Shown: piece by piece, positions 1 through 18,569 of the stretch
Layout of the letters: every line of letters starts with the position of its first letter
How positions within the stretch are numbered: the first letter of the stretch is position 1
Assembly: GCF_009914755.1 (NCBI RefSeq)
Contig: NC_060926.1
DNA from: the human T2T-CHM13v2.0 reference genome, Homo sapiens
Strand: one strand, 5' to 3'
Length of the DNA: 64,000 nt
Program-made: the position numbers and the translations under genes
The notes under the pieces: model-generated
The model's input: only the letters and a program-made list of their open reading frames with translations
The model's database searches: none
What the model was told of the DNA's origin: nothing

Positions 1-197
<197 letters not shown>

Positions 198-245
198 CTA
201 CTATATATTTTCTACAAAAAAAACTCATTTTAAATGTAAATCTAC

Positions 246-2673
246 TGTACTTGTCCATTCTCACACTGCTATAAAGAACTACCTGAGACTGAGTAGTTTA
301 CGAAGAAAAGAGGTTTAGTTGACTCACAGTTCCACAGGCTGTACAGGGGGCATAACTGACAAGGCCTCAGGAAATCTACAGTCATGGCAGAAGGGGAAGC
401 AAGCACATGTTACCATGGTGGAGCAGGAGAGAGAGTGAGGGAAGGGGGGAGTGCTACATACTTTCAAACAACCAGTTCTCATGAGAAGTCACTATCACAA
501 GAAGAGCAAGGGGCAAATCTACCCCGATGATCCAATTACTTCCTACCAGGTCCCTACCTCAACACTGGGGATTATAATTCAACATGAAATTTGGGTGGGG
601 CCACAGAGCCAAACTACATCATTCCACCTTTGGCCCCTCCCAAATCTTGTGTCCTTCTCACATTTCAAACATAATCATGCCTTTTCAACAGTCCCCCAGT
701 GTCTTAACTCATTCCTGCATTAACTCCAAAGTTCAAGTCCAAAGTCTCATTTGAGACAAGGCAAGTCCCTTCTGCCTATGAGCCTGTAAAGTCAAAAACA
801 AATTAGTTACTTCTAAGATACAATGAGGGTAGAGGTATTGGGTAAATACAGGATGCAGGCATGGGCAAATACAGGATGCAGGCACTGGTAAATATTACCT
901 TTCCAAAAGAGAGAAATCCACCTAAACAAAGGGTCTACAGGCCCCATGCAAATCTGAAACCCAGCAAGGCAGTCATTAAATCTTAAGGCTCCAAAATAAT
1001 CTCCTTTGACTCCATGTCTCACATCCAAGCCACACTGATGCAAGGGATGGGCTCCCAAGGACTTGGGCACTTCTGTGCCTGTGGCTCTGCAAGGTACAGC
1101 CCCCACAGCTTCTTTCACAGGCTGGTGTTGAGTGCCTGAGGCTTTTCCATGTGCATGGTGCAAGCTGTCAGTTGATCCACTCTTCTGGAGTCTGGAGGAT
1201 GGTGGCCCTCTTCTCACAGCTCTTTTAGGCAGTGTCCCAGTGAGTACTCGGTGTGGGGGCTCCAACCCTACATTTCCCCTCTGCACTGCACTAGTAGAGG
1301 TTCTCCATGAAGGCTCTACCCCTGCAGAAGACTTCTGCCTGGATATTTGGGTGTTTCCACACATTCCTTGAAATCTAGGTGGAGTCTCCAAAACCTCAAC
1401 TCTTGCCTTCTGTGCACCTGCAGGCCCAATACCATGTGGAAGTCACTGAGGATTGGGACTTACACCCTCTGAAGTAGCAGCCCAAGCTGTACCTTTGCCC
1501 CTTTTAGCCACAGCTGGAGCTGGAGCAGCTGGGACACAGGGTGCTATGTCCTGAGGCTGCACAGAGCAGTGGGGCCTTCAGCCTGGCCCACAAAACCATT
1601 TTTCCTCCCTGGGCCTCCAAGCCTGTGATGGGAGGAGCTGCTGTGAAGGTCTCTGAAATGCCCTGGAGGCATTTTCACCACTATCTTGGCTATTAACATT
1701 TGATTCTCCTTTACTTATGCAAATTTTTGCAGACTTGAATTCCTCCCCAGAAAATAGGTTTTTCTTTTCTGCCACATGGTCAGCTGCAAATTTTCCAAAC
1801 TTTTACTCTCTGCTTCCCTTGTAAATATAAGTTCTAGTTTCAGTTCATTTCTTTGCTTATGCAAATGAGAATAGGCTTTTAGAAGCAGCGAGACCACATC
1901 CTGAATGCTTTGCTGCTTAGAAATTTCTTCTGCCAGATACCCTAACTCACCTCTCTCAAGTTCAAAGTTCCACAGATCTCTAGAGCAGAGTCACAATACT
2001 CCCAGTCTCTTTGCTAAAGCATAGCAAGAGTGAACTTTACTCCAGTTCCCAATAAGTTCCTCATCTCCATCTGAGACAACCTCAGCCTGAACTTCATTGT
2101 CCATATCACTGTCAGCATTTTGGTCACAACCATTCAAAATGTCTAGGAAGTTCCAAACCTTCCCTCATCTTCCTGACTTCTTCTGAGCCCTCTAAAATGT
2201 TCCAACCTCTGCCCATAACCCAGTTCCAAAGTCATTTCCACATTTTCAAGTATCTTTATAGCAATGGACCACTTCTCTGGTACCAATTTCTGTATTAGTC
2301 TGTTCTCACATTGCTATAAATAACTACCTGAGACTGAGTAGTTTATGAAGAAAAGAGGTTAACTAACTCACAGTTCCACAGGCTGAACAGGACGCATGGC
2401 TGGGAGGCCTCAGGAAACTTACAATCATGGCAGAAGGGGAAGGGGAAGCAAACACGTCTTACCATGGTGAAGCAGGAGAGACAGTGAGGGAAGGGGGAAG
2501 TGCTACACACTTTCAAACAACTAGATCTCATGAGAACTCACTCACTATCATGAGAATAGCAAGGCGGAAATCTGCAGCTTGATCCAATCACCTCCCACCA
2601 GGTCCCTCCCTCAACATTGGGGATCGAAATTCAACATGAGATTTGGGTGGGGACACAGAGCCAAACCATATCA
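246..2673 (-). mobile_element. Full-length MaLR provirus (MSTA-like): LTR 2291-2673, internal 622-2290, LTR 246-621
   Basis: Two homologous LTRs with TG..CA ends, a polypurine tract next to 621, and a 5-bp TSD tctac (241-245)/gctac (2674-2678). ORF 813-1391 is MaLR internal ORF remnant. Confidence 0.92.
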
Positions 2674-5291
2674 GCTACATATAGATTAAAACAAATGGAT
2701 GGAGAAAGATACACCAAGCTAACATCAATCAAAAGCAAGCAGAAAAGCATTAGTAGCTATATTAATTTCAGACAAAGTAGTCTTCAAAGCAAGGAAAGTT
2801 ATCAGAGATAAAGAGAGGCACTACATAGGATAAAGGGGTCAGTTCTCCAAGTGGACATAACAATCCTTAATATGTATGTACCTAACAACGAAGCATAAAA
2901 ATACACCAACCAAAAATGGATCCACTACAAGGAGAAATAAATGAATCCATTATTATAGGTGGAGATTTCAACACCCCTCTATCAGAAATGGATCAATCCA
3001 GCAGGCAGAAAATTAGGAAAAACATAATTGAACTCAACAACATTATCACTCAACAACATTGTCACTCAGCTGAATATAATCAACATCTACAGACATTTCA
3101 TCCAACAACAGTAAAATACACATTTTTCTCAAGTTCATATGAAACATCCACCAAAATAGACAACATCCTGGACTGTAAAACGTACTTCAACAGTTTTAAA
3201 AGAATAGAAATCATGCAATGTCTGCTCTCAGACACAATGGAATTAAACTAAAAATTAACAACACAAAGAACAATCACAAACTAGATGGAGATAAACAAGA
3301 CACTTCTAAATAACACATGGGTCAAGAAGTAAATCTCAAGAGAAATTTTAAAATGTTTATAACAAATTCAAAATTAATATGCAACAAAATGTGTGGGATG
3401 CAATAAAAGCAGTGTTTACAGAGAAATTTGTAGCATTGAATACAGATATTACAACAGAAAAAATATAAAATCAATAATATCATCTTTTACTAGGAAACTA
3501 GAAAAAGAAGAACATATTAAATCAAAAGTAGTCAGAAGAAAAGCAATGACAGAAATTAGAGCAAAAATAAAGGAAGTGAAAAACAGAAAATCAGCAGAGA
3601 AAATCTATGAAGCAAAAATTTGGTTCTTTCAAAAGACAGATAAAATTAGTAAGTCTCTAGCCAGGCTAACTAAGAAAAAAGAGAGGACACAAATTATTAA
3701 TATCAGAAATGAAATAAGAGACATTGGTACAGATTCCATGGACATTAAAAGATAATGAACAACACTATGAATAACTGTATGCCCACAAATTTGGTAACCA
3801 GATGAAACAGACTAATTCCTTGAAAGATGCAATCTGCCAAGACTCACAGAAGCAGAAACAGAATAGGCCCATATCTATTAAAGAAATTCAATCAATAATT
3901 AATAATCTTCCAATACAGAAAGCATGAGACCAGAGAGGTTCACTGGTGAATTCTATCAAATGCTTAAGGAAGAAATTATAGCAATTCTCTTCAATCTCTT
4001 TCAGCAGATAGAAGTAGAGGGAATCCTTGCTAACTCATTCTATGAGGCCAGCATCCCCCTAATACCAAAACCAGACAAAAACATTACAAAAAAAGAAAAT
4101 CACAGGTATTTCTCATCAACATAGATGCAAAATCCTCAACAAAATATTACTAGACCAAATCCAACAATATATAAAAAAATTATACATCATGACAGTAGAA
4201 TTTATCCTGGGTTTGCAAAGCAGTTTTAACATTTGAAAATCAATTGATATAATATATCACATCAACAAGGTAAAGAAGGATAAAAACAAGGAACAGCTCC
4301 AGTCTACAGATCACAGCATGAGCAATGCAGAAGATGGGTGATTTCTGCGTTTCCAACTGAGATACCGGGTTTATCTCACTGGGGAGAGCCAGACAGAGGG
4401 TACAGGACAGTGGGTGCAGTGCACCGTGCATAAGCCAAAGCAGGGCAAGGCATCACCTCACCTGGGAAGCACAAGGGGTCAGGGAATTCCCTTTCCTAGT
4501 CAAAGAAAGGGGTGACAGATGGCACCTGGAAAATCGGGTCACTCCCACCCTAATACTGCGCTTTTCCAACGGGCTTAACAAATGGCACACCAGGAGATTA
4601 TATCCCACACATGGCTTGGAGGGTCCTATGCCCAAGGAGACTCACTCATTGCAAGCACAGCAGTCTGAGATCAAACTGCAAGGCGGCAGCGAGCCTGGGG
4701 GAGGGGCACTCGCCATTGCCCAGACTTGAGTAGGTAAACAAAGCAGCCAGGAAGCTCAAAATGGGTGGAGCCCACCGCAGCTCAAGGAGGCCTGCCTGCC
4801 TCTGTAGGCTGCACCTCTGGGGGCAGGGCATAGCCAAACCAAAGGCAGCAATAACCTCTGCAGACTTAAATGTCCCTGTCTGACAGCTTTGAAGAGAGTA
4901 GTTGTTCTCCCAGCATGCGGCGTGAGATCTGAGAATGGGCAGACTGCCTCCTCAAGTGGGTCCCTGACCCCCAAGTAGCCTAACTGGGAGGCAACCCCCA
5001 GTAGGGACGGACTGACACCTCAAACGGCCAGGAACTCCTCTGAGACAAAACTTCCAGAGGAACGATCAGGCAGCAGCATTTGCGGTTCACCAAAATCTGC
5101 TGTTCTGCAGCCACCACTGCTGATACTGAGGCAAAAAGGGTGTGGAGTGGACCTCCAGCAAACTCCGACAGACCTGCAGCTGAGGGTCCTGACTGTTAGA
5201 AGGAAAACTAACAAACAGAAAGGACATCCACACCAAAAACCCATCTGTACGTCACCATCATCAAAGACCAAAGATAGATAAAACCACAAAG

Positions 5292-6307
5292 ATGGGGAAA
5301 AAACAGAGCAGAAAAACCTGAAACTCTAAAAATCAGAGCGCCCCTCCTTTTACAAAGGAACACAGCTCCTCACCAGCAATGGAACAAAGCTGGATGGAGA
5401 ATGACTTTGACGAGTTGAGAGAGGAAGGCTTCAGAAGATCAAACTGCTCCAAGCTAAAGGAGGAAGTTCGAACCCAAGGCAAAGAAGTTAAAAACCTTGA
5501 AAAAAAATTAGAGAAATGGCTAACTAGAATAACCAATGCAGAGAAGGCCTTAAAGGACCTGATGGGGCTGAAAACCATGGCACGAGAACTATGTGACAAA
5601 TACACAAGCCTCAGTAGCCGAAGCGATCAACTGGAAGAAAGGGTATCAGCGATGGAAGACAAAATGAATGAAATGAAGTGAGAAGAGAAGTTTAGAGAAA
5701 AAAGAATAAAAAGAAACAAACAAAGCCTCCAAGAAATATGGGACTATGTGAAAAGACCAAATCTACATCTGATTGGTGTACCTGAAAGTGACGGGGAGAA
5801 TGGAACCAAGTTGGAAAACACTCTGCAGGATATTATCCAGGAGAACTTCCCCAATCTAGCAAGGCAGGCCAACATTCACATTCAGGAAATACAGAGAATG
5901 CCACAAAGATACTCCTCGAGAAGAGCAACTCCAAGACACATAATTGTCAGATTCACCAAAGTTGAAATGAAGGAAAAAATGTTAAGGGCAGCCAGAGAGA
6001 ACTGTTGGGTTACCCAAAAAGGGAAGCCCATCAGACTAACAGGTGATCTCTCGGCAGAAACTCTACAAGCCAGAAGAGAGTGGGGACCAATATTCAACAT
6101 TCTTAAAGACAAGAATTTTCAACCCAGAATTTCATATCCAGCCAAACTAAGCTTCATAAGTGAAGGAGAAATAAAATACTTTACAGACAAGCAAATGCTG
6201 AGAGATTTTGTCTCCACCAGCCTGCCCTAAAAGAGCTCCTGAAGGAAGCACTAAACATGGAAAGGAGCAACTGGTACCAGCCACTGCAAAAACATGCCAA
6301 ATTGTAA
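5292..6307 (+). pseudogene. L1 ORF1p, disrupted (in-frame TGA at 5679-5681, further frame break near 6220)
   Basis: ATGGGGAAAAAACAG start; peptides WMENDFDELREEGFRR, LENTLQDIIQENFPNLARQ and YPAKLSF. Confidence 0.92.
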
Positions 6308-6370
6308 AGACCATCGAGGTTAGGAAGAAACTGCATCAACTAATGAGCAAAATAACCAGCTAACATCATA

Positions 6371-10197
<3,827 letters not shown>

Positions 10198-11415
10198 ACA
10201 ATGAGAACACATGGACACAGGACAGGGAACATCACACACCAGGGATTGTTGTGGGGTGGGGGGAGGGGGGAGGGATAGCATTAGGAGATATACCTAATGC
10301 TAAATGCGAGTTAATGGGTGCAGCACACCAGCATGGCACAGGTATACATATGTAACAAACCTGAACTTTGTGCACATGTACCCAAAAACTTAAAGCATAA
10401 TAATAATAAAATAAAATAAAATTTTAAAAAGAAGGAAAAAATGTGATTATATCAATAGATGCAGATAAAGAATTTGACAAATCCAACACCCCTTCATGAT
10501 TTAAAAAAAAACTCAATAAACTAGGAATAGAGGAAATTTCTCAACTTGATAAAGAATATCTACAAAAAACCAACTGCTAAAATCCTACTTAATGGTGAGA
10601 AACTGTAAGCTTTCCCAATAAGATCAAGAACAAGGCAAGCATGTCTCCCCTTACCACTCCTTTCAGAATTGTACTGGAAGTCTTAACTAATGCAATCAGA
10701 CAAGAAAATTAAGTAAGAGGTTTACTGATGGAGAAGGAAAAAATAAAACTTTCACAGATGAGATGACTCTGTGTAAAGAAAATCTGATAGAATTGACAAA
10801 CATCTCCTGGAACTAATGGGTAATTATAGCAAGGTTGCAAGATACAAGGTTAATATACAAAAGTCCATTTTTTCTATATACCAGCAATTAACAAGTAAAA
10901 TTTGAAATTCAAAGCACAATGGCATTTATATTAATAGTCCAAAAAATGAAATACTTAGGTATAAATCTAACAAAGCATATGCAAGACCTATATGAGGAAA
11001 ACCACAGAAATCAAAGAACTAAATAAATGGAAAGATGTTCCATACTCATAGATAGGAAGACACAATATTGTCAACATGTCAATTTTTCTCAGTTTGATCT
11101 ATATATTCAATGCAATGCCTATCAAAATCCCAATAAATTATTTTGTGAATATCAACAGATCTAAAGTTTGTATATAGAAGCAAAAGATCCAGAATTTCCA
11201 ACACAATATTAAAGGAGAAGAACAAAGTTAGAGGAGTGATGCTGTATACTTCAAAAGGTATGATAAAGCTATACTAATGAAGACAGTTTGGCATTGGAGA
11301 AAGGATAGACAAATAGATCAATGGAGCAGAATAGGGAGCCTGGAAATAGGCTCACATAAAAATAGTCAACTGATCTTTGACCAAGGAACAAGGGAAATAT
11401 GATAAGAAAAGATGA

Positions 11416-11719
<304 letters not shown>

Positions 11720-13179
11720 AAAGATAATATTTTTAACAAATAGTGTTGGAGCAACTGGACATCTACATGCAAACAGTAATGAACCTAGGCACAGATTTTA
11801 GACTCTTCACAAAAATTTACCCAAAATGGATCACAGACCTAACTGTAAAACTATATGTAAAAACTATAAAACTCCTGAAAGATAGCATAGGAAAAAATCA
11901 AGATGACCTTAGGTTTGGCAGTGACATTTTAGATATGATATCAAAGTCATGATTCACGTTAGAAATAATTGATGTTAGACTTCCCTAAAATTAAAAACTT
12001 CTGTTCTTTGAAAGATACTGTCAAGAGAATGAAAACACAAGTCAGAAACGGGGAGAAATATTTGCAAAAGACATATCTAATAAATAACTGTTATCCACAA
12101 TGTACAAAAAACTCTGAAACCTCAGCAATAAGAAAACAAACAACCAGACTAAAAAATGGGTCAAAGATCTTAATAGCCACCTCACCAAAGAAGATAAATA
12201 TAGATGGCAAATAGACATATGCAAAGATATCACACATCATGTGTCATCAGGGAATTGCCAATTAAAACAACAATGAGATGCCACTACTAGATGTGTAGTG
12301 GCGTCTAGTAGGTGTAGACACCACCACACCTACTAGAATGGCTAAAATCCAGAACACCAACAATAGCAAATTCTGGCAAGGATATGGAGCAACAGGAATT
12401 CTTATGCATTGCTGGTGGAAACACAAAATGGTATAGCCCCTTTGAATTCAGTTTGGCACCCAAAACTAAATATACTCTTATCATATGAGCCAGTAATTAT
12501 TCTGCTTGGTATTAACCCAGAGAAGTTGAAAACTTATGTCCACACAAAAACCTGGACACAGATGCTTACAACAGCTTTATTCATAATTGCTAAAACTTAG
12601 AAGCATCCAGGTTGTCCTTCTGTAGGTGAATGAATACATAAACTCTAGTACATCTGGGCAATGGAATATCACTCAGCACTGAAAAGAAATGAGCTATCAA
12701 GCCATGAAAAAACATGGGGGAAACTTAAATGCATGTTATTAAGTGAAAGAAGCCAATCTGAAAAGGCTACGTGCCATAGGATTCCAACCACATGATGTTC
12801 TGGAAAAGGCAAAGCAATGGACACAGGAAAAAATCAGGGCAGGGAGGAATGAATAGGCACAGCACAGAAACTTGTTAGGACAGTGAAACCACACTGTGTG
12901 ATACTATTATAGTGGATACATCTCATTACACATTTGTAAAAATTCACAGAATATGTAAGGTTCACCAAGAGTGAACCTTAATGAAAACTCTGGACTTGGG
13001 GTGAGAATGATGTGTCAATGTAGGTTCACCGGTTTTTCCAAAGTACCACTCTGGTGGTAGCGTGTTGATAATGGGGAGACTGTGCATGTGTGAGGGTAGG
13101 GGGTATATTGGATATCTCTGTACTTTCTTCTCAATTTTACTGTGACCCTAAAACTGCTCCAAAAAAAATAGCCTTAGAA

Positions 13180-13350
13180 AAAGATACTTGTCATTGGATT
13201 TAGAACCCACCTGGATAATCCAGGATAATCTCATCTCAAAATCCTGAATTTAATCACATCGGCAAAGACTCTTTTTCCAAAAGTAATAACATTTGTATGT
13301 TCTAGAGATTTAACATAGATCCCTTTGGGGAGCCTTTTTTTGGCCTAGCA
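13180..13350 (-). mobile_element. MLT1 (MaLR) LTR fragment
   Basis: cattggatttagaacccacctggataatccaggataatctcatctcaaaatcc...atcacatcggcaaagac. Confidence 0.7.
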
Positions 13351-13688
13351 CAGACACTTCAGGAGTTTTATAGAGCACACCTCAAAATTGCCCACTTGAG
13401 GGAAGGAACAGGCAAGAGTTAATCCACCAGTTCCCAAGCCCCATTGTTCAATGCTTGCCACATGGGTGTTTCCCACCTTGAGCTCCCAGGTTGGTATGCA
13501 TGTGTGAATGTACATAGGACCCAGCAGGCATCCACACAGTGGCATCAGAAATCCTAAGTGAAAGTGGGCAGTGCAGCTGAGAGGTGGTATTGTCAACTTA
13601 CCTCCCTGAAGCCGGTAGCTGCAGCAAAGCTTGGCTGGCATAAGAGGAAGACTGAAGTACAGGCAACAACAGAAAAAATAGAAACATT

Positions 13689-14086
13689 TGCATTAGTCCA
13701 TTCTCGCATTGGTATAAGGAACTACCTGAGACTGGGTAATTTATGAAGACAAGAGATTTAATTGACTCACAGTTCTGCAGGCTGTACAGGAAGCGTGGTT
13801 GGGGAGGCCTCAGGAAACTTACCATCTTGGGAGAAGGCAAAGGGGAAGCAGGCACATATTCACATGGTGAAGCAGGAGAGAGCAAGCTAAAGGGGAAGTG
13901 CCACACACTTTTAAACAACCAGATCTTAGGAGAACTCTATCACGAGACAGCGCTAGGGTGCTAATGGTGCTAAACCATTACAAACCACCCCATGATCCAA
14001 TCACCTCCCACCAGGCCCCACATCCAACACTGGGGATTACAATTCAACATGAAATTTGGGTGGGGACACAGAGCCAAATGATACCA
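13689..14086 (-). mobile_element. MST (MSTA/B) solo LTR
   Basis: Homologous to the LTRs at 246 and 2291; perfect 5-bp TSD acatt (13684-13688, 14087-14091). Confidence 0.9.
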
Positions 14087-14229
14087 ACATTAGAGTACAT
14101 CAAAATGTAAAACCTCTGTTCATCAAGGGACACAATCAACAGATGAAGAGACATCCTACAGAATGAAAAAATATATTTTCAAATCACGTATCTGATAAGT
14201 GGTTAATATCCAGAACACTATATAAAGAA

Positions 14230-14601
14230 TATGCATTAGTTTGCTAAGGTTGCCATAATAAAGAACCACAGTGACTTAAATAACAGAAATGTATTTTCTC
14301 CCAATGCTGGAGGCTAGAAGTCTAAGATTAAGGTGCTGGCAAGACTGATTTCATTAGAGGTCTCTCTCTTTGCCTCATGGATGGCCACCTTCTCCCTAGA
14401 ACTTCACATAGTCTTCCTTCTGTGTCAGTCTATGTGCTAGTGTCTTCTTCTTATGAAGACACCAGTGCCCACCCTAACGTCCTCATTTTAATTTAATTAC
14501 CTCTTTAAAGGTCCTATCTACAAATGTAGTCACATACTGAGGTACTGGGGGTAAGGAATTCAACATATGAATTTGGGGGAAACACAATTTAACCCATAAC
14601 A
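14230..14601 (-). mobile_element. MLT1A-like solo LTR
   Basis: ttagtttgctaaggttgccataataaagaaccaca...gggaaacacaatttaacccataaca. Confidence 0.8.
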
Positions 14602-15058
14602 GAAGTCCTGCAACTCACCACCAACAAAACACACAAACACAGAGATAGGCACACATGTACACACACCCAAGAATAAAAAATGGGCAAAGGAATTGAATAG
14701 ACATTTCTCCAAAAAAACCTATAGAAATGGCCAACAAACACATGAAAAGATGCTCAACCTCACTAATCATTAGGGAAATGCAAGTTCAAATCACAGTAAA
14801 ATATCACCTCACAACCACTAGTAGAACTACTATTTTTTTTTAAAAAAAAAAACCCAGAAAATAACAAGTATCGTTAAGGATGTGGAGAAATTGGAACACT
14901 TGTGCATTTTTCTTGGGAACGTAAAATGGCACAGCTGCTATGGAAAATGATATGGCGGTTCCTCAAAAAATGAAAAATAGAATTATGATATTATTCAGCA
15001 ATTCCACTTCTGTGTATAGACCCAAAAGAATTGAAAGCAAGGACAAGAAGAGATATTT

Positions 15059-15545
<487 letters not shown>

Positions 15546-15903
15546 CTAAGTGAAAGAAGCCAGTCACAGAAAAACAAATACAATATTGTATGATTCCACT
15601 CATATGAGGTAGCTGGGGTAGGCAAATTCACAGAGACAGAAAATAGAGTGGTGGTTGATGGGGGTTGGGAGTAAGGAGAATGAGGAGTTGGTGTTTAGTA
15701 GAGCTATGGTAATTGTCTTTCAGTTTGAGAAGATGAAAAAAGTTCTGGAGATAGATAGTGGTGGTGGTTGCACAGCAATGTGCTAATGCCACTGAACTAT
15801 AGGCTGAAAAATGATTCAGAAGGTAAATTTCACATTATGTGTATGTTGCCATAATTTTTAAAAATTAACCAATTTTTAAAGTTAACTGAATAAATATGAG
15901 GCA

Positions 15904-16544
15904 TATTAACAACAACAACAACAAAAAAAGAAAAGTTTAAATATTTAAAGAGTTTTCTTCTGAGCCAATATGAGTGACCATGGCCCAGGAACAGTCTTAA
16001 GAGGTTCTGAGAAGGCATGCCCGAGGCGATCGGGTTACAGCTTGGTTTTATACATTTTAGGGAGACTGAAATTACAGGCAAAGACATAAATCAATACATA
16101 TAAGGTATATATTGGTTCATCCTGAAAGGGCAGGACATCCCAAAGGAGGCAGAGCAGGAGAGGTGGATTCAAAGATTTTCTGTTTGGCAATTGGTTGAAA
16201 GGCAGCTTTGCAGGGCCATTTAAAAATATGTCAAAGAAATATATTTTGGGGTAAAATATTCTTATTTTCTTCAAGATATCCTTTCTGTCATGTGATGCTA
16301 TACCAGAGTCAGGTTGAAATTTGGGATCCTATTGTCATAAAGAGTCTGTTTTGTCAGTCCTATGACTTCATATTTTAACGTTAATGCTGGTCAGTTGTGC
16401 CTAAGCTCCAAAAGGGAAGGGATATAACAAGGCTTGTGCAACCTCCCTTCCCATCGTAGCTGGGAATTTAGTTTTTCAGGCTTCCCTTGGCCCAAAGGGG
16501 GTCCATTTGGTTGGTTTGGCTTAGCATTTTGTTTTTGGTTTATA
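15904..16544 (-). mobile_element. MER4-family (ERV1) solo LTR
   Basis: ctgagccaatatgagtgaccatggcc...cagcttggttttatacattttagggagac; 4-bp TSD ggca (15900-15903, 16545-16548). Confidence 0.82.
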
Positions 16545-16644
16545 GGCAGGACCCAAAATGGTGTGTGATACCATTTTAATAACCTACGTTATGTCCTTCC
16601 CTTCTATTACTTTATACTAACAAAATCATATAAAGACCATCTGA

Positions 16645-16878
16645 TACTTGAGGCCAGGAGTTCAAGACCAGCCTGGGCAACATAGACCCCATCTCTACTA
16701 AAAATGAAAAAAATAGCTGGGCATGTTGCTACATGCCTATAGTCCCAGCTACTCAGGAGGCTGAGGCCAGAGGAACACCTGAACCCAAGAGTTTGAGGCT
16801 GCAGTGAGCTATGATTGCAACCAGTGCTTTCCAGCCTGGGCAACAGAGCAAGACTCTGTCTCTAAAAAAAAAAAAAAG
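16645..16878 (+). mobile_element. 5'-truncated AluJ
   Basis: cttgaggccaggagttcaagaccagcctgggcaacatag ... A tail. Confidence 0.88.
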
Positions 16879-18569
16879 TATGAAACCCTTACACATACAC
16901 ATATATTAAAATATATTTTAAAATATTAAAATATATTGTTGTATAAAAGGGAATTACATTTCTAAGCATTTCTATGTCTTTAGTTTGCAACCCAAATCCC
17001 TCTAAGTCATCTGAAATAAATCTAATTCATTCTTTGCAATGTCTGCATTTTATTCCACAGTATGGATATAACATCATTTATTCGTACAATATCTTCTCTT
17101 GCTTGAAATTCAGTTTATTTCCAGTCTTTAAATACTAAAACTGAACACACATTGTTATGCATATTTCTGATGGCTTAGTGTTAAACTCTGTAGAGAGAGT
17201 AGTTCAAGGCTGAAAATCATAAGGATTTTGTGGGTCCAGATTCAAGCAGTGATGCTTTGGGCCTTGATGATAAGATGCAAGAACTTACCGTAAAATACCA
17301 TGCCTCCTTGTTATCTGAGGCCACAGGCAGCTGAAGGTTGAAGGAATACTAAGCCACACAGAGAGCATTATCTCAGAAGTCACCAGCAGCAGAAGTAGGA
17401 TGTGAGCAGACATGTCCCTGAGCACAGATGAGGCCCCTCTGGAGACTCCCAGAAATCACTGGGGGAGATTCTGCCCAGGCTTGGAGTCTCCACAATTGTT
17501 CCACCATGATTTGTGCCATCAGGTTGTTGCAGCTTGGGGACATCTGGGCTGAACAGGGAAGCTTCCCGTGTTCAAGGTAATGATGATGTGTAGTGGTGAT
17601 GCACATCTTTGCTCTGATGAATTCAAGGGATTCATTACTAAGAAAATCATCATGGGGTTCTACATTTTTCAGGGCAAGCTAGAGAATTGCATAAGCAGCT
17701 TTATTTCTCTTCAACACTAAGAGTAGAATAAATCTGGCAGGAGAGGACACTGGGGATATAAATGGCAAGTGTCAGAATGATAAAAGATTCCATAAAGCAT
17801 GTGGTATGAATAACAGGGAGAGAAAAGAATTTGGAAATTTTATTCATTTCCCCTCCCTCTCGCTGAATCTTAATTCTCCACTTTATTACCAGTCATTTAA
17901 CATTAAATTCCTGAGGGACTTCCAATGAAGGAACTCTGTCCATATAATCCTGCCCAGGGACCCACTCCACCCAAGTACATCAATTGTCTGGGTTTATTCT
18001 TAAGCTCACAATATAGTTAAATGGCCAGAAGAAGAATGGTTAAGTGTTCATTCCGAGAACTCTCTCTGCATTATTGCTAAGTCATTTGCATAATAATTTC
18101 CACCAATCTGTATGCTGTTTCACCTGATTCTACTCATGCATTCACACATAATTGCAATATTTTAGATATCTTTAAAACTCAGAGGAAGGAGAAAAAGACA
18201 GGGCAGAGTGAGAGAGAAAAATAACTTATTGCGAGATGGCCACAGATTTTCCTGCCCCACCATCTGCTCTGCTGTTTTTGCTGCATCCTTTCAATGTGAA
18301 GTTTGCACACATCCCCAGAGCTCTGTGAAGTTTGCACATAAAGTTCATTCTCCCCTGCCAAGCTGTCAAGCCAAACCCCAACCTCCCCCTTAAATTTGAT
18401 TTCCTGTTGCCCGCTACTACCAACTCTCCTTGGCCTCTCCCCTAAATCTCCTTGAGTTTCCTTGAGTCTAAGTTTCATACTTGCTGTATGAAGACAACAT
18501 CATCATCGATGTTGTCTTCTCTCTTCTAATCAAGCCTCTTATTCCTTCCAGATCCAGCTCAAGCCCAAG

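Noticed and set aside
813-1391. 192-aa ORF
   Set aside because: Remnant of the MaLR internal ORF.
4453-4716. L1 antisense ORF0 (also ATG at 22231)
   Set aside because: Recognisable, but copy 1 stops after 24 codons and copy 2 frameshifts and stops after 33 codons.
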